Below, piece after piece: positions 37,678 through 46,361 of a stretch of 64,000 nt of DNA (its first letter is position 1; every line of letters begins with the position of its first letter). The DNA comes from an uncultured Thermoplasmata archaeon (GTDB lineage Archaea; Thermoplasmatota; Thermoplasmata; RBG-16-68-12). Under the pieces are notes generated by a model, which saw only the letters and a list, made by a program, of their open reading frames with translations, was not told the origin of the DNA and did not search any database. The DNA lies in NCBI GenBank assembly GCA_963768855.1, contig CAVYJM010000011.1:224001-288000 (forward strand), in the 5' to 3' direction. A program made the position numbers and the translations under genes.

Positions 37678-38240
37678 CCCAGATCGGGGGACGCGATCCG
37701 CCGCACGACCGCGAGGGCCATCTTCCCGAACACGGGGTTCACGTTGTCGCCCGTCTTGGCGGACGCCCAGACAGCGAAGCCATGGCTCCGCTCCGCCCGT
37801 TCCTGCGGCTCGTTCTCGTCGTAGAGGCACATGATCTCGCCCTTGAGGTCCGTCTTGTTGACCACGAGGGCGAGGGGCACCTCCCCGGCCACCTTGAACG
37901 CCGCGGAGATCCATTCGTCGAGCGCCTCGAAGGTCGAGTAGCGCGTGACGTCGCAGACGGCGATGATGCCCTGCGCGCCTTTCAGGTACTCCTGGTGGAG
38001 CGTGTCGAGGTAGGACCGCTCGCCGATGAGGTCCCAGATCGAGAGCTGGACCTCGATGTTCCGCGGCGGGTCGCTCCGCGAGGTGAGCCAGATCTTCTTG
38101 AGGCTCACCTTGCTGCCGAGGGTCGAGATGTAGCGATCGTCGAAGGAGTCCTCCACGTAGCGACGGATCAAGGAGGTCTTCCCGACGGCAGCTTCGCCGA
38201 TGAGGCAGATCTTTGCCTTCAGTATCCCGTTGAGTTCCAA
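37674..38240 (-). CDS. Ras/Rab-like small GTPase
   Basis: G1 GEAAVGKTS, G2 YISTLG, G3 WDLIG, G4 NKTD, G5 SAK. Confidence 0.88.
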   Translation of the reverse strand: MELNGILKAKICLIGEAAVGKTSLIRRYVEDSFDDRYISTLGSKVSLKKIWLTSRSDPPRNIEVQLSIWDLIGERSYLDTLHQEYLKGAQGIIAVCDVTRYSTFEALDEWISAAFKVAGEVPLALVVNKTDLKGEIMCLYDENEPQERAERSHGFAVWASAKTGDNVNPVFGKMALAVVRRIASPDLG

Positions 38241-38314
38241 GCGGTCGCGAGTCGGCCGCGGGCGGTATCAACGCTCCGTCCTCGTTATCAGGCGTGAGAT
38301 GCGGTTGCCGGCCC

Positions 38315-39952
38315 TCATCCGTGCCGGAGGACCCGTCCGGAGCGGCTGCCCGTCGGCGCTCCTTCCCGGACCGCGACCTCGCCGTTCACGAGGACCCAGT
38401 CGATGCCTTCCGGGAAGTCGTGCGGGTAGTTCTCGAAGGGATAGGGGTGGGGCCATAGGTTCGTCGCGCGGTCCCGCACCCGGGGCAGGTCGAAGACCAC
38501 GAGGTCGGCCCAGGACCCCGGACGGACGAGCCCGCGGTCCGTGAGGCCGAGCTTCGCGGCGGGCATGCCCGTGCTCTTCCAGATCGCCTCCTCGAGCCGC
38601 AGGACCGGCTCCTTCACGACGAAGCGCTCGAGGGCGCCGGGGTACTCGCCGAAGGTGCATGGAAGGTAGGGTGCGAGCGGCGCGGTCCGCTGCCCCCGCG
38701 GCAGGATCCAGCCGTCCGAGCAGATCATGACGAGCGGGTGGCGCAAGGTGGCCTTGACCTCCTCGATGTCGATGTAGTCGAACAGCCCGACCGCCTCGTC
38801 GCGCTCCTCGATGATGGCGTCGAAGTACGCGGTCCAGGGGTCGACGCCGCGCTTCTCGGCGAGTGCCGCCACGGTCAGCCCTTCCTTCGTCTGGTCGTGC
38901 GGGCAACGCAGGAAGAAGATCCGGTCGAAGCGCTCGTGGACCAGCAGGCCGACGTACCCCGCGGCGGGCTTCTTGTCCTCTTGGATCTCGCGCTTCAGCT
39001 CCTCCCGCTTCGCGGGATCCCGCAGCATCGCCAGGAGCTCGTCCGTCGGCAGCTTCTGCGTCCACTGCGGCAGGCCGTGGCTCAGGCTCGGCCCGAAGTC
39101 CGTGTGCATGTCGTTGTCAACGGTCACCTCGACGCCTCGCGCGCGGGCCTCCTCCCAGAGCCTCTGCACCTCCCTCGCGTGGACCGTCGCCCCGTACTTG
39201 GGCGCGTTGTGGCTGATCTGGACGGGGCAGCCGGCGCGCTCGCCGATCACGATGCACTCCGCGACCGCCTCGAGAATCGTCTCTCGCTCCCCGCGGATGT
39301 GGGACGCGTAGAACCCTTCGTGCCGGGCGACGACCTTCGCGAGCTCGACGATCTCCTCCGTCGCGGCAAAGCACCCGGGCGGGTAGACGAGGCCCGTGCT
39401 CAGGCCGAAGGCGCCCGCGCGCATCGCCTCGTCCACGCTGCCCTTCATCTCCCGCAGCTCCGCCCTCGTCGGCGCGCGCTCGTCGAAGCCCATCGCCGCG
39501 AGCCGCACGGATCCGTGGCCGACGAGTCCGGCGACGTTGATCCCCACGCCCCCCTTCTCCAGGAACTCGAGGTACTCGCCGTACGTCGACCAGGTCCACT
39601 CTGACGCCTCGGCGTAGTACGTGAAACGCCGCACGGCGAGCTCGCGATACCGGTCGCTGATCGGCGCAGGAGAGTCTCCGCAATTCCCGATGACCTGGGT
39701 CGTGACGCCCTGCCGGACGGCGGCCTCGGCGGTCCGCTCGACCAGGAGGCCCACGTCGCTGTGCGTGTGGATGTCGATGAAGCCCGGGGCCACGTACTTC
39801 CCCGAGGCGTCGATCTCCAGGGCGGCTTTCCCGCGGCCCAGGTCGCCGACGCGGGCGATCTTCCCCTTCCGGATGCCCACGTCGCGCAGGGACCACGGCA
39901 TCCCGGTTCCGTCGAGTAGCCGGCCGTTCCGGATGACCACGTCGAAGGGCAT
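38315..39952 (-). CDS. N-acyl-D-amino acid deacylase (D-aminoacylase)
   Basis: PGFIDIHTHSD, GNCG, LSTGLVYPPG, SHIRGE, CSDG, ADLVVFD. Confidence 0.88.
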   Translation of the reverse strand: MPFDVVIRNGRLLDGTGMPWSLRDVGIRKGKIARVGDLGRGKAALEIDASGKYVAPGFIDIHTHSDVGLLVERTAEAAVRQGVTTQVIGNCGDSPAPISDRYRELAVRRFTYYAEASEWTWSTYGEYLEFLEKGGVGINVAGLVGHGSVRLAAMGFDERAPTRAELREMKGSVDEAMRAGAFGLSTGLVYPPGCFAATEEIVELAKVVARHEGFYASHIRGERETILEAVAECIVIGERAGCPVQISHNAPKYGATVHAREVQRLWEEARARGVEVTVDNDMHTDFGPSLSHGLPQWTQKLPTDELLAMLRDPAKREELKREIQEDKKPAAGYVGLLVHERFDRIFFLRCPHDQTKEGLTVAALAEKRGVDPWTAYFDAIIEERDEAVGLFDYIDIEEVKATLRHPLVMICSDGWILPRGQRTAPLAPYLPCTFGEYPGALERFVVKEPVLRLEEAIWKSTGMPAAKLGLTDRGLVRPGSWADLVVFDLPRVRDRATNLWPHPYPFENYPHDFPEGIDWVLVNGEVAVREGAPTGSRSGRVLRHG

Positions 39953-40042
39953 GCGAGCGGCAACCCACGCAGGAGGTTAAACCCGCCGCCGGGGCATCCA
40001 GGGGCGAGGCCGTCGCCACGCGTCCGCGTCGATTCGCAAATC

Positions 40043-40058
40043 AACCTTGTTTAAGGTT
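40043..40058. promoter_or_regulatory. Second copy of AACCTT-N4-AAGGTT operator candidate
   Basis: AACCTTGTTTAAGGTT, exact reverse complement of 10846-10861. Confidence 0.6.
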
Positions 40059-40157
40059 GAATCCGCGCCGCCTCCGGAGCCGGTCCGACGGTCTCCCCGG
40101 ATTTCGTCTCCCGCTCCGCGGCCAAAACCTCTTAGAGGCTGATGGATTCGGGCTCCT

Positions 40158-41063
40158 ATGATTCTCGCGCGGGCGCGGTCCGTGTTGCGGGAGATCCTCG
40201 TCGTGGGGGTGCTCCTCGTCGCCGGAACGGCCCTCTACTGGATCCTTTCCGGACTGGGGATCATCCCGATCTCCTTCCTCATCGGGGCCCAGGTCCTCGC
40301 GGCTCTCGTCCTCGGCTACCTCGCGATCGAGGTCGGGGCGCGAGGGCTCCGCGGGATGACCGCGAGGGGGATCGGAGTGCGCCACGGCAGCGAGGTGGCG
40401 GTGGCCTTCCGATTCTTCGGCTACATCGCCCTCGCCTTCATCGTGCTCGCCCTCCTCGGTGTCACGGGGACGACCCTGCTCGCCGGCGGCACGTTCGCCG
40501 GGCTCGTCCTCGGCCTCGCCGGCACGACGGTCCTGTCGAACATCATCGGGGGCATCCTCCTCCTCATCGCTCACCCCTACGAGATCGGCGACCGCGTGAC
40601 GGTTTCGACCTGGCAGTATGGGATGGTCGTGCCCGCGTACCCGGGGAAGTACTTCTCCGACGACCGCTTCATTGTCGGCTACACCGGGGTCGTGCAGGAC
40701 CTCACCCTCACGTACACCTCCCTCGCGCTCGACGAAGGGCCGCTCATGAAGATCCCGAACAACGTCATGGTCCAGGCGGCGATCCTCCGCCACTCGACGC
40801 CCCGCTGGGTCCGGACGCGGTATGAGGTCCCCGGCCACCCGGACCCCGAGCGCCTCATCGAGGCGGTCGAGGGCGCGGTGCGCCACAACGCTTGGATCGT
40901 GGATCCCTATCGCGTGCAGGTCATGCTTCAGGCCGTCACCCCGACGTCGACGGTCCTCGCGATCGACGCGCTCTGCAAGAGCGCCTTCGAAGACCCGCCG
41001 CGCAGCTCGATCCTCGTCGACGTCTCCCGCGCCGTCTCCACGGTCACGTCCTCGGAATCCTAG
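40158..41063 (+). CDS. MscS-family mechanosensitive channel
   Basis: GLVLGLAGTTVLSNIIGG, PYEIGDRV, TGVVQD, IPNNV. Confidence 0.85.
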   Translation: MILARARSVLREILVVGVLLVAGTALYWILSGLGIIPISFLIGAQVLAALVLGYLAIEVGARGLRGMTARGIGVRHGSEVAVAFRFFGYIALAFIVLALLGVTGTTLLAGGTFAGLVLGLAGTTVLSNIIGGILLLIAHPYEIGDRVTVSTWQYGMVVPAYPGKYFSDDRFIVGYTGVVQDLTLTYTSLALDEGPLMKIPNNVMVQAAILRHSTPRWVRTRYEVPGHPDPERLIEAVEGAVRHNAWIVDPYRVQVMLQAVTPTSTVLAIDALCKSAFEDPPRSSILVDVSRAVSTVTSSES

Positions 41064-41151
41064 CCGCTCCTTTCCCGGGTATATGCTCCCCCCGGCCCGT
41101 CTGCGCGAACGTTGTTATACCTTGCCGCCGTTCGTAGGATTATCCGATACC

Positions 41152-42516
41152 ATGCAAACGGTGGAAGAAGAACTCGAGGCGTTCCGTGTGCGCACGAAGA
41201 AGTCTGCGAAAGCCTTCGAGACGGCGAAGGAGCACATCCCGTTCGGGGTGAACAGCAACTACCGCCTGCTCGACCCCTACCCGCTCTACGTGCATCGGGC
41301 CAAGGGGAGCCGAATCTGGGACGTCGATGGCAACGAGTACATCGACTTCAACATGGCTTTCGGCGCGCTCGTCGCGGGCCATAGCCACCCCGTCCTGACG
41401 AAGGCGATGAAGGAACGCGTGGCCAACGGCACGATCTTCGGGTTCGAGGGCGACGAGGCCGCGCCGCTCGCGGAGCACATGTGCAAGCGTTTCGCGATCG
41501 ACCGGATCAAGTTCTCGAACACCGGGCTCGACGCGACCCTGTTCTCGATCCGCCTCGCCCGCGGCGTGACCGGCCGCTCGAAGATCCTGAAGTTCGAGGG
41601 CTGCTACCACGGCAGCCACGACTCCCTCATGGTCTCCATCAAGCCCACGCCGGAGCGGCAGGGCGATCCGCGCCGCCCCACGCCCGTCCCGTCGTCCCGG
41701 GGCCTCCTGCCCGAGCTCACGAAGAACACGGTCATCGCGCCGTTCAACGACCTCGACGCCACCGCGGCGCTGATCCGCGAGAACGCGGACGAACTGGCGG
41801 GGATCATCCTCGAGCCCGTGCCGATGAACATGGGGTTCATCCTGCCCAAGCCGGGCTTCCTCGCCGGCCTGCGCGAGCTCGCGGACGAGACGGGCGCCGT
41901 CCTCATCTACGACGAGGTCAAGACCTGCGGGAAGTGGTACGGCGGCGCCGAGGAGGCGTTCGGCGTGGCGCCCGACGTCAAGGTCTTCGGCAAGGCGATC
42001 GGGGGCGGCTTCCCGCTCAGCGCGGTCGGCGGCAAGGCGGAGATCATGGACCAGGTCGTGCCCGGCCAGATCGCCCACGCCGGCACGTTCAACGCGAACC
42101 CGGTGAGCATGACGGCCGGTCTCGTGACCCTCACGAAGATCCTGACGCCCGCAGGAATGAAGCACGCACAGGCGGTCGGGACGGGCCTCGCGAAGGGCTA
42201 CATCGACACGATCAGCGATCACCACCTCTTCATGAAGGTACAGTACGCCGGGATCAGCGGCACCGTGCACTTCACGCACAAGCCCGTCGTGGACTGGCGT
42301 TCCTTCCAGGGCGTCGACGTGGGCCGGTGGTGGGGCTACAACACCGCAATGCTGAACCGCGGGATCATCCCCATGGCGACCGGGCCCGACGAGCAATGGA
42401 CCTGTTCCGTGGCGCACACGAAGGCGGACGTCGAGGCGCACCTCGCGGCCTTCGAGGAGGTCGCGGAGATGATCAAGCCCCACCAGGCCGAGATGTCCCT
42501 CGTCGAGGCGATCTGA
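41152..42516 (+). CDS. Class III aminotransferase (GSA aminomutase-like)
   Basis: DVDGNEYIDF, FSNTG, KFEGCYHG, ILEPV, YDEVKT, GKAIGGG, AGTFNAN. Confidence 0.85.
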   Translation: MQTVEEELEAFRVRTKKSAKAFETAKEHIPFGVNSNYRLLDPYPLYVHRAKGSRIWDVDGNEYIDFNMAFGALVAGHSHPVLTKAMKERVANGTIFGFEGDEAAPLAEHMCKRFAIDRIKFSNTGLDATLFSIRLARGVTGRSKILKFEGCYHGSHDSLMVSIKPTPERQGDPRRPTPVPSSRGLLPELTKNTVIAPFNDLDATAALIRENADELAGIILEPVPMNMGFILPKPGFLAGLRELADETGAVLIYDEVKTCGKWYGGAEEAFGVAPDVKVFGKAIGGGFPLSAVGGKAEIMDQVVPGQIAHAGTFNANPVSMTAGLVTLTKILTPAGMKHAQAVGTGLAKGYIDTISDHHLFMKVQYAGISGTVHFTHKPVVDWRSFQGVDVGRWWGYNTAMLNRGIIPMATGPDEQWTCSVAHTKADVEAHLAAFEEVAEMIKPHQAEMSLVEAI

Positions 42517-42523
42517 GACGGCG

Positions 42524-42766
42524 ATGCAGGCGACCCCAGAGGCGGAAGCGCGGCAACACCTGAAACGCAGCTCGAAGGTTTTTCTTGCCGCGGCTGCCGC
42601 GGTCGTCTTCGGGATCCTCCTCGTCTACGTCACGATTGGATCGGTCTCCGGAGAATCCTCCCTCCTTTCAAACGGCGCGCTGTGGATGGTCTTGCTCTGC
42701 TGGTTCGTCATCGCCTTGGTCGCGACCCAGGTGTGGTCCAGGCCCGTTCCTCAGCGGGTTGACTGA
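42524..42766 (+). CDS. Small membrane protein (2 TM)
   Basis: Two hydrophobic helices; follows the aminotransferase by 7 bp. Confidence 0.55.
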   Translation: MQATPEAEARQHLKRSSKVFLAAAAAVVFGILLVYVTIGSVSGESSLLSNGALWMVLLCWFVIALVATQVWSRPVPQRVD

Positions 42767-42779
42767 GGGAAATGAGAAC

Positions 42780-42914
42780 ATGCCGCGCCGGAAGTACGGA
42801 CGGATGATCAAGCCTCTCCCCGTGCAACAGAAGCCGGAGAAGTGCCGCTTCTGCAAGGCGGGGCGGCCTTGCCCCGTTCACAACAAGGACGGGACTACAC
42901 CTTCGTCCCGATGA
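42780..42914 (+). CDS. Small basic Cys/His protein (44 aa)
   Basis: MPRRKYGRMIKPLPVQQKPEKCRFCKAGRPCPVHNK. Confidence 0.45.
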   Translation: MPRRKYGRMIKPLPVQQKPEKCRFCKAGRPCPVHNKDGTTPSSR

Positions 42915-43434
42915 CGAGGCACGCGGCCCAGTTCAGCCGTTCGTACGACGCAAGGCGGAGCCCTGCCCGCGCGAAGAATCCCTCGTAGTCGTCGCGGGAG
43001 TAGATCGGGACGAAAGGCGCGAGGGCCCACGTGGCGGGTGAGAGGATCACGACGGTCCCTCCGGGCCGCAGAACGCGGCTCGCCATGTCCGCCCCATCCT
43101 GCGGATCGGGGAGATAGTAGAAGGATCCCGCGAGGACGACCGTGTCGAACGAGGCATCGCGGAACGGGGGCCACATGAAGTTCGCGCGCACCAAGTGACC
43201 GCGGTACCTTGCGCGAGCCAGCATCCGCATCGAGAGGTCGACGCCGACCGCATCCGCCAGGGGACCCGTCGTGTACCCCGTGCCCACGCCGACATCGAGG
43301 ACCCGACCGTGGAACGCGGCCCGCACCCTCTCGAGCCACTCCGGCCTGAAGATGCGCGCGTTGATCCAGTCGTACAGGGGCGCGAGCCGATCGAAGAACC
43401 ACCGCGCCCGGCGAGAGCCCGAGAGGAGCGGCAC
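42895..43434 (-). CDS. Class I SAM-dependent methyltransferase
   Basis: RVLDVGVGTG, GVDLS, FDTVV, RVLRPGG. Confidence 0.8.
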   Translation of the reverse strand: MPLLSGSRRARWFFDRLAPLYDWINARIFRPEWLERVRAAFHGRVLDVGVGTGYTTGPLADAVGVDLSMRMLARARYRGHLVRANFMWPPFRDASFDTVVLAGSFYYLPDPQDGADMASRVLRPGGTVVILSPATWALAPFVPIYSRDDYEGFFARAGLRLASYERLNWAACLVIGTKV

Positions 43435-43474
43435 GAACGTCCCCGATGGGCGGCTTCCACTTGAAGGCGCGCCC

Positions 43475-43630
43475 TCAGGCTTCCTGGTAGATGCGCAGCA
43501 TCACGCGGGGGAAGAAGCCGAAGCCCCTCGGCGCGACGCACTTCTCGTGCATAAAATACGTGCACGTGTGGCAGCAGTCGCGGAAGCCCGCGGGATCGTG
43601 GTTCGGCGGACAGGTGTACTCGCAGGACAT
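43475..43630 (-). CDS. Small Cys-rich protein (51 aa; not in ORF track)
   Basis: MSCEYTCPPNHDPAGFRDCCHTCTYFMHEKCVAPRGFGFFPRVMLRIYQEA, manually translated. Confidence 0.45.
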   Translation of the reverse strand: MSCEYTCPPNHDPAGFRDCCHTCTYFMHEKCVAPRGFGFFPRVMLRIYQEA

Positions 43631-43778
43631 CGCCCTTGAAATGGGGGATGAGCTGGTGTAGATGTTTCGTACTTACAGTTGAGTGAACACTTGTAGGGGG
43701 GATTACCACTTTCGCTCTACTCCCTTCGCATCATTCAAGGCTTTGAGAGCTCAGAGGACATCTGTGGCCACGAAATGC

Positions 43779-45008
43779 ATGGTCCGTAGCATTTCCTTCC
43801 CGGCCGGGTCGTTGCCGCCATCCCTCCTCCACCTCCTCGCCGAGTTCCGCCTCATCGTCAACAAGTCCATTCGCATCGCGCTGCGCGAGGACATCCGCTC
43901 TCGATTTCGGCTCGCCCGTTCGGCCTATGCGGCTCTGGCCGCCGAGCATGATGTGTACAAGCAGTACATCCCGAGCGCCTTCGGGGTAGCCCTCGGACTC
44001 CTGAAGGCGTACCGGAGGCGGGTGCGGAAAGGCAAGAAGGCGAACGTCCCGTATGTCCGCCGTCTGATGCTTAGTGCCGAGAACCAATCCTATCGGCTCG
44101 ATCGGACAACCGGGAAGCTGCGTATCCCCATCCGTCGTGGAGAACACGTCTACCTAGACTTGCCAGTCTGCGATTGGCATCTCACCTTCCTATCAGATCC
44201 CAGCTGGAGTCTCGGCTCCCTGACGGTCACCCCCGAGCGAATCATCGTGTTCGTCCGAAGGCACCCTCTCAAACCCTACGAGCCAACTTCCGCCCTCGCG
44301 TTCGACACGAACGAGGACTCCCTCGACGGCGTGCTGGTCGCGGGATCTGTAGCTCAACTCGTCAGTCTCCCTTTGGGCGGCGTTCGACAAGTGCAGACGA
44401 CGCACTTCCGTCGACGCCGACGCCTGGCAAAGAAGAAGGCTTGCGATCGACGAGTGAAGCGGCAGTTGCTCGGCCGTGAAGGGAAGCGGGAACGGAACCG
44501 TGTGAAGCAGCGACTCCACCGGATCAGCAAGGTTCTCGTGGCTAGAGCCAAGCAATGCAAAGCCGCCGTTGTCCTTGAGGATCTCACCCTTTCGGGTGCA
44601 CGCGGCCGTTCCCGCCGCATGAACCGCCGCCTGTCGTCCTGGCCCCGCGGCGAACTCCATCGTCAGATCGAGTACAAGGCCGCCCTCGCGGGCGTGCCGA
44701 TCATCAAGGTCAACCCCGCATGGACCAGCAAGACCTGCCCAGTGTGTGGCGCCCGGCGCCGAGATAGGGTGGGCCCGGATTTCGTGTGCGAGATGTGCGA
44801 CTGGGAGATGGACCGGCAGCACAACGCAGGCCTGAACATCCTGAAATCCGCCTTGGCCTCGAACGAGGCCTTGGCACGGGCTGTACGGTTCCAGCCCGGT
44901 GCCCTCCGCGATGATGTGGTGAGTCCCCTCTACGACCTGCCAGCGTTGCTGGCAGGTGCACGGGAGGAGCCGAGCGGAGTGGAGTGCGTTGCAGAGGTGG
45001 GGCCGTGA
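43779..45008 (+). CDS. tnpB: TnpB-family protein with RuvC-III Asp replaced (copy 1)
   Basis: AFDTNE (RuvC-I), VVLEDL (II), QIEYKA, VNPAWTSKTCPVCG...CEMC, DRQHNAGLNI; no tnpA nearby. Confidence 0.88.
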   Translation: MVRSISFPAGSLPPSLLHLLAEFRLIVNKSIRIALREDIRSRFRLARSAYAALAAEHDVYKQYIPSAFGVALGLLKAYRRRVRKGKKANVPYVRRLMLSAENQSYRLDRTTGKLRIPIRRGEHVYLDLPVCDWHLTFLSDPSWSLGSLTVTPERIIVFVRRHPLKPYEPTSALAFDTNEDSLDGVLVAGSVAQLVSLPLGGVRQVQTTHFRRRRRLAKKKACDRRVKRQLLGREGKRERNRVKQRLHRISKVLVARAKQCKAAVVLEDLTLSGARGRSRRMNRRLSSWPRGELHRQIEYKAALAGVPIIKVNPAWTSKTCPVCGARRRDRVGPDFVCEMCDWEMDRQHNAGLNILKSALASNEALARAVRFQPGALRDDVVSPLYDLPALLAGAREEPSGVECVAEVGP

Positions 45009-45041
45009 AGCCATCGTCCTCGCTACTCGCAGAACCGGTAC
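44883..45041 (+). ncRNA. Putative TnpB omegaRNA scaffold overlapping the tnpB 3' end
   Basis: GTACGGTTC (44883-44891) is complementary to GAACC-G-GTAC (45032-45041); 10-bp hairpin at 44935-44957; sequence conserved in copy 2. Confidence 0.45.
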
Positions 45042-45190
45042 TTACAACCCGCATTGTGGAGTAAGGAGGGAAAGAGGACAAGGGTTATATCGGCCACCCG
45101 GGCATCGACGCGCGGCCAGCGTACCGTGCGCGAGCGGGAGGACTCCCCTCCCTTCGTGCCAGCCGTTGACCGAGTCAGGATGGCGTTCGG

Positions 45191-46357
45191 ATGAGGAAGG
45201 TCGCGATCGTCGGGGCGGGCCAGAGCCGCTATGGCGAGTTCCCGGACAAGAGCATCAAGGAGCTGTTCCACGAGGCCTACGGAGACATGGCGAAAAGCGT
45301 GGACCGGAACTTCGAACCGAAGCGGATCGGCGCAGCCTACATCGGCAACCTCGGCTGCGGCGGCTTCCAGCTTGGCAACATGTCCGCCCTCGTCTCCGAG
45401 TACGTCGGGCTGCCGTACATCCACGCGATGCGCATCGAGAACGCCTGCGCCTCGGGCGGGTACGCTCTTGTGACCGCCGCGATGGACGTCATGGCAGGCG
45501 TCCACGACGTCGTCCTTGCGGGCGGCGTCGAGAAGATGACGGATGTCTCTGGCTTGAAGACGAAGTACTGGCTCGGCGTGTCAGGCGACACGGAGTACGA
45601 GCGCCTCGCCGGCACGACGTTCAGCGGGCTCTACGCTCTGATCGCCCAACGGCACATGCACGAGTTCGGCACGACGCGCGAGCACCTCTCCATGGTCGCG
45701 GTCAAGAACCACAAGAACGGCGCGCAGAACCCGAAGGCCCAGTTCCAGCGCGAGACGACGCTCGAGAAGGCGATGAAGGCCCCCATGGTCGCCGCGCCGC
45801 TGAACTTGTTCGACTGCTGCTCGACCACGGACGGAGCGTCCGCGGTCCTCGTCACCTCGGCGGAAAGGGCGAAGGAGTTCACGGACACGCCCATCTACAT
45901 CGAAGGGTTCGGCACCGCGAGCGACTACCTGGCCATCCACGACCGTGCGTCGACGACGACGCTCGAGGGGACCCGGCGGGCCGCGACGCAGGCGTACCAG
46001 ATGGCGGGGGTCGGACCCAAGGACATCCAGATCGCGGAGGTCCATGACTGCTTCACGATCGCCGAGCTCTTGGCGTACGAGGACCTCGGATTCTGCGAGA
46101 AGGGCCAGGCCGGTCCGTACCTCGCAGAAGGACACACGGAGATCACGGGCGACAAGCCGGTCAACGCTTCGGGAGGCCTCAAGTCGAAGGGCCATCCCAT
46201 CGGGGCCACGGGCACGGGCCAGGCCTACGAGATGTTCCACCAGCTGCGGGGGAGCGTGCAGAAGCCGACGCGCCAGGTGAAGGGCGTGGAGCGGGGGTTG
46301 CTCCACAACGTCGGCGGATCGGGCGGGACCGTCGTCGTGACGGTCCTCGCGAGGTGA
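45191..46357 (+). CDS. Archaeal-type thiolase (acetyl-CoA C-acyltransferase)
   Basis: IENACASGG, GGVEKM, DGASA, EVHDCF, GGLKSKGHPIGATG, HNVGG. Confidence 0.92.
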   Translation: MRKVAIVGAGQSRYGEFPDKSIKELFHEAYGDMAKSVDRNFEPKRIGAAYIGNLGCGGFQLGNMSALVSEYVGLPYIHAMRIENACASGGYALVTAAMDVMAGVHDVVLAGGVEKMTDVSGLKTKYWLGVSGDTEYERLAGTTFSGLYALIAQRHMHEFGTTREHLSMVAVKNHKNGAQNPKAQFQRETTLEKAMKAPMVAAPLNLFDCCSTTDGASAVLVTSAERAKEFTDTPIYIEGFGTASDYLAIHDRASTTTLEGTRRAATQAYQMAGVGPKDIQIAEVHDCFTIAELLAYEDLGFCEKGQAGPYLAEGHTEITGDKPVNASGGLKSKGHPIGATGTGQAYEMFHQLRGSVQKPTRQVKGVERGLLHNVGGSGGTVVVTVLAR

Positions 46358-46361
46358 CCTC

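Noticed and set aside
43683-45008. Autonomous IS200/IS605 element
   Set aside because: No TnpA (Y1 or serine) gene is adjacent to either tnpB.
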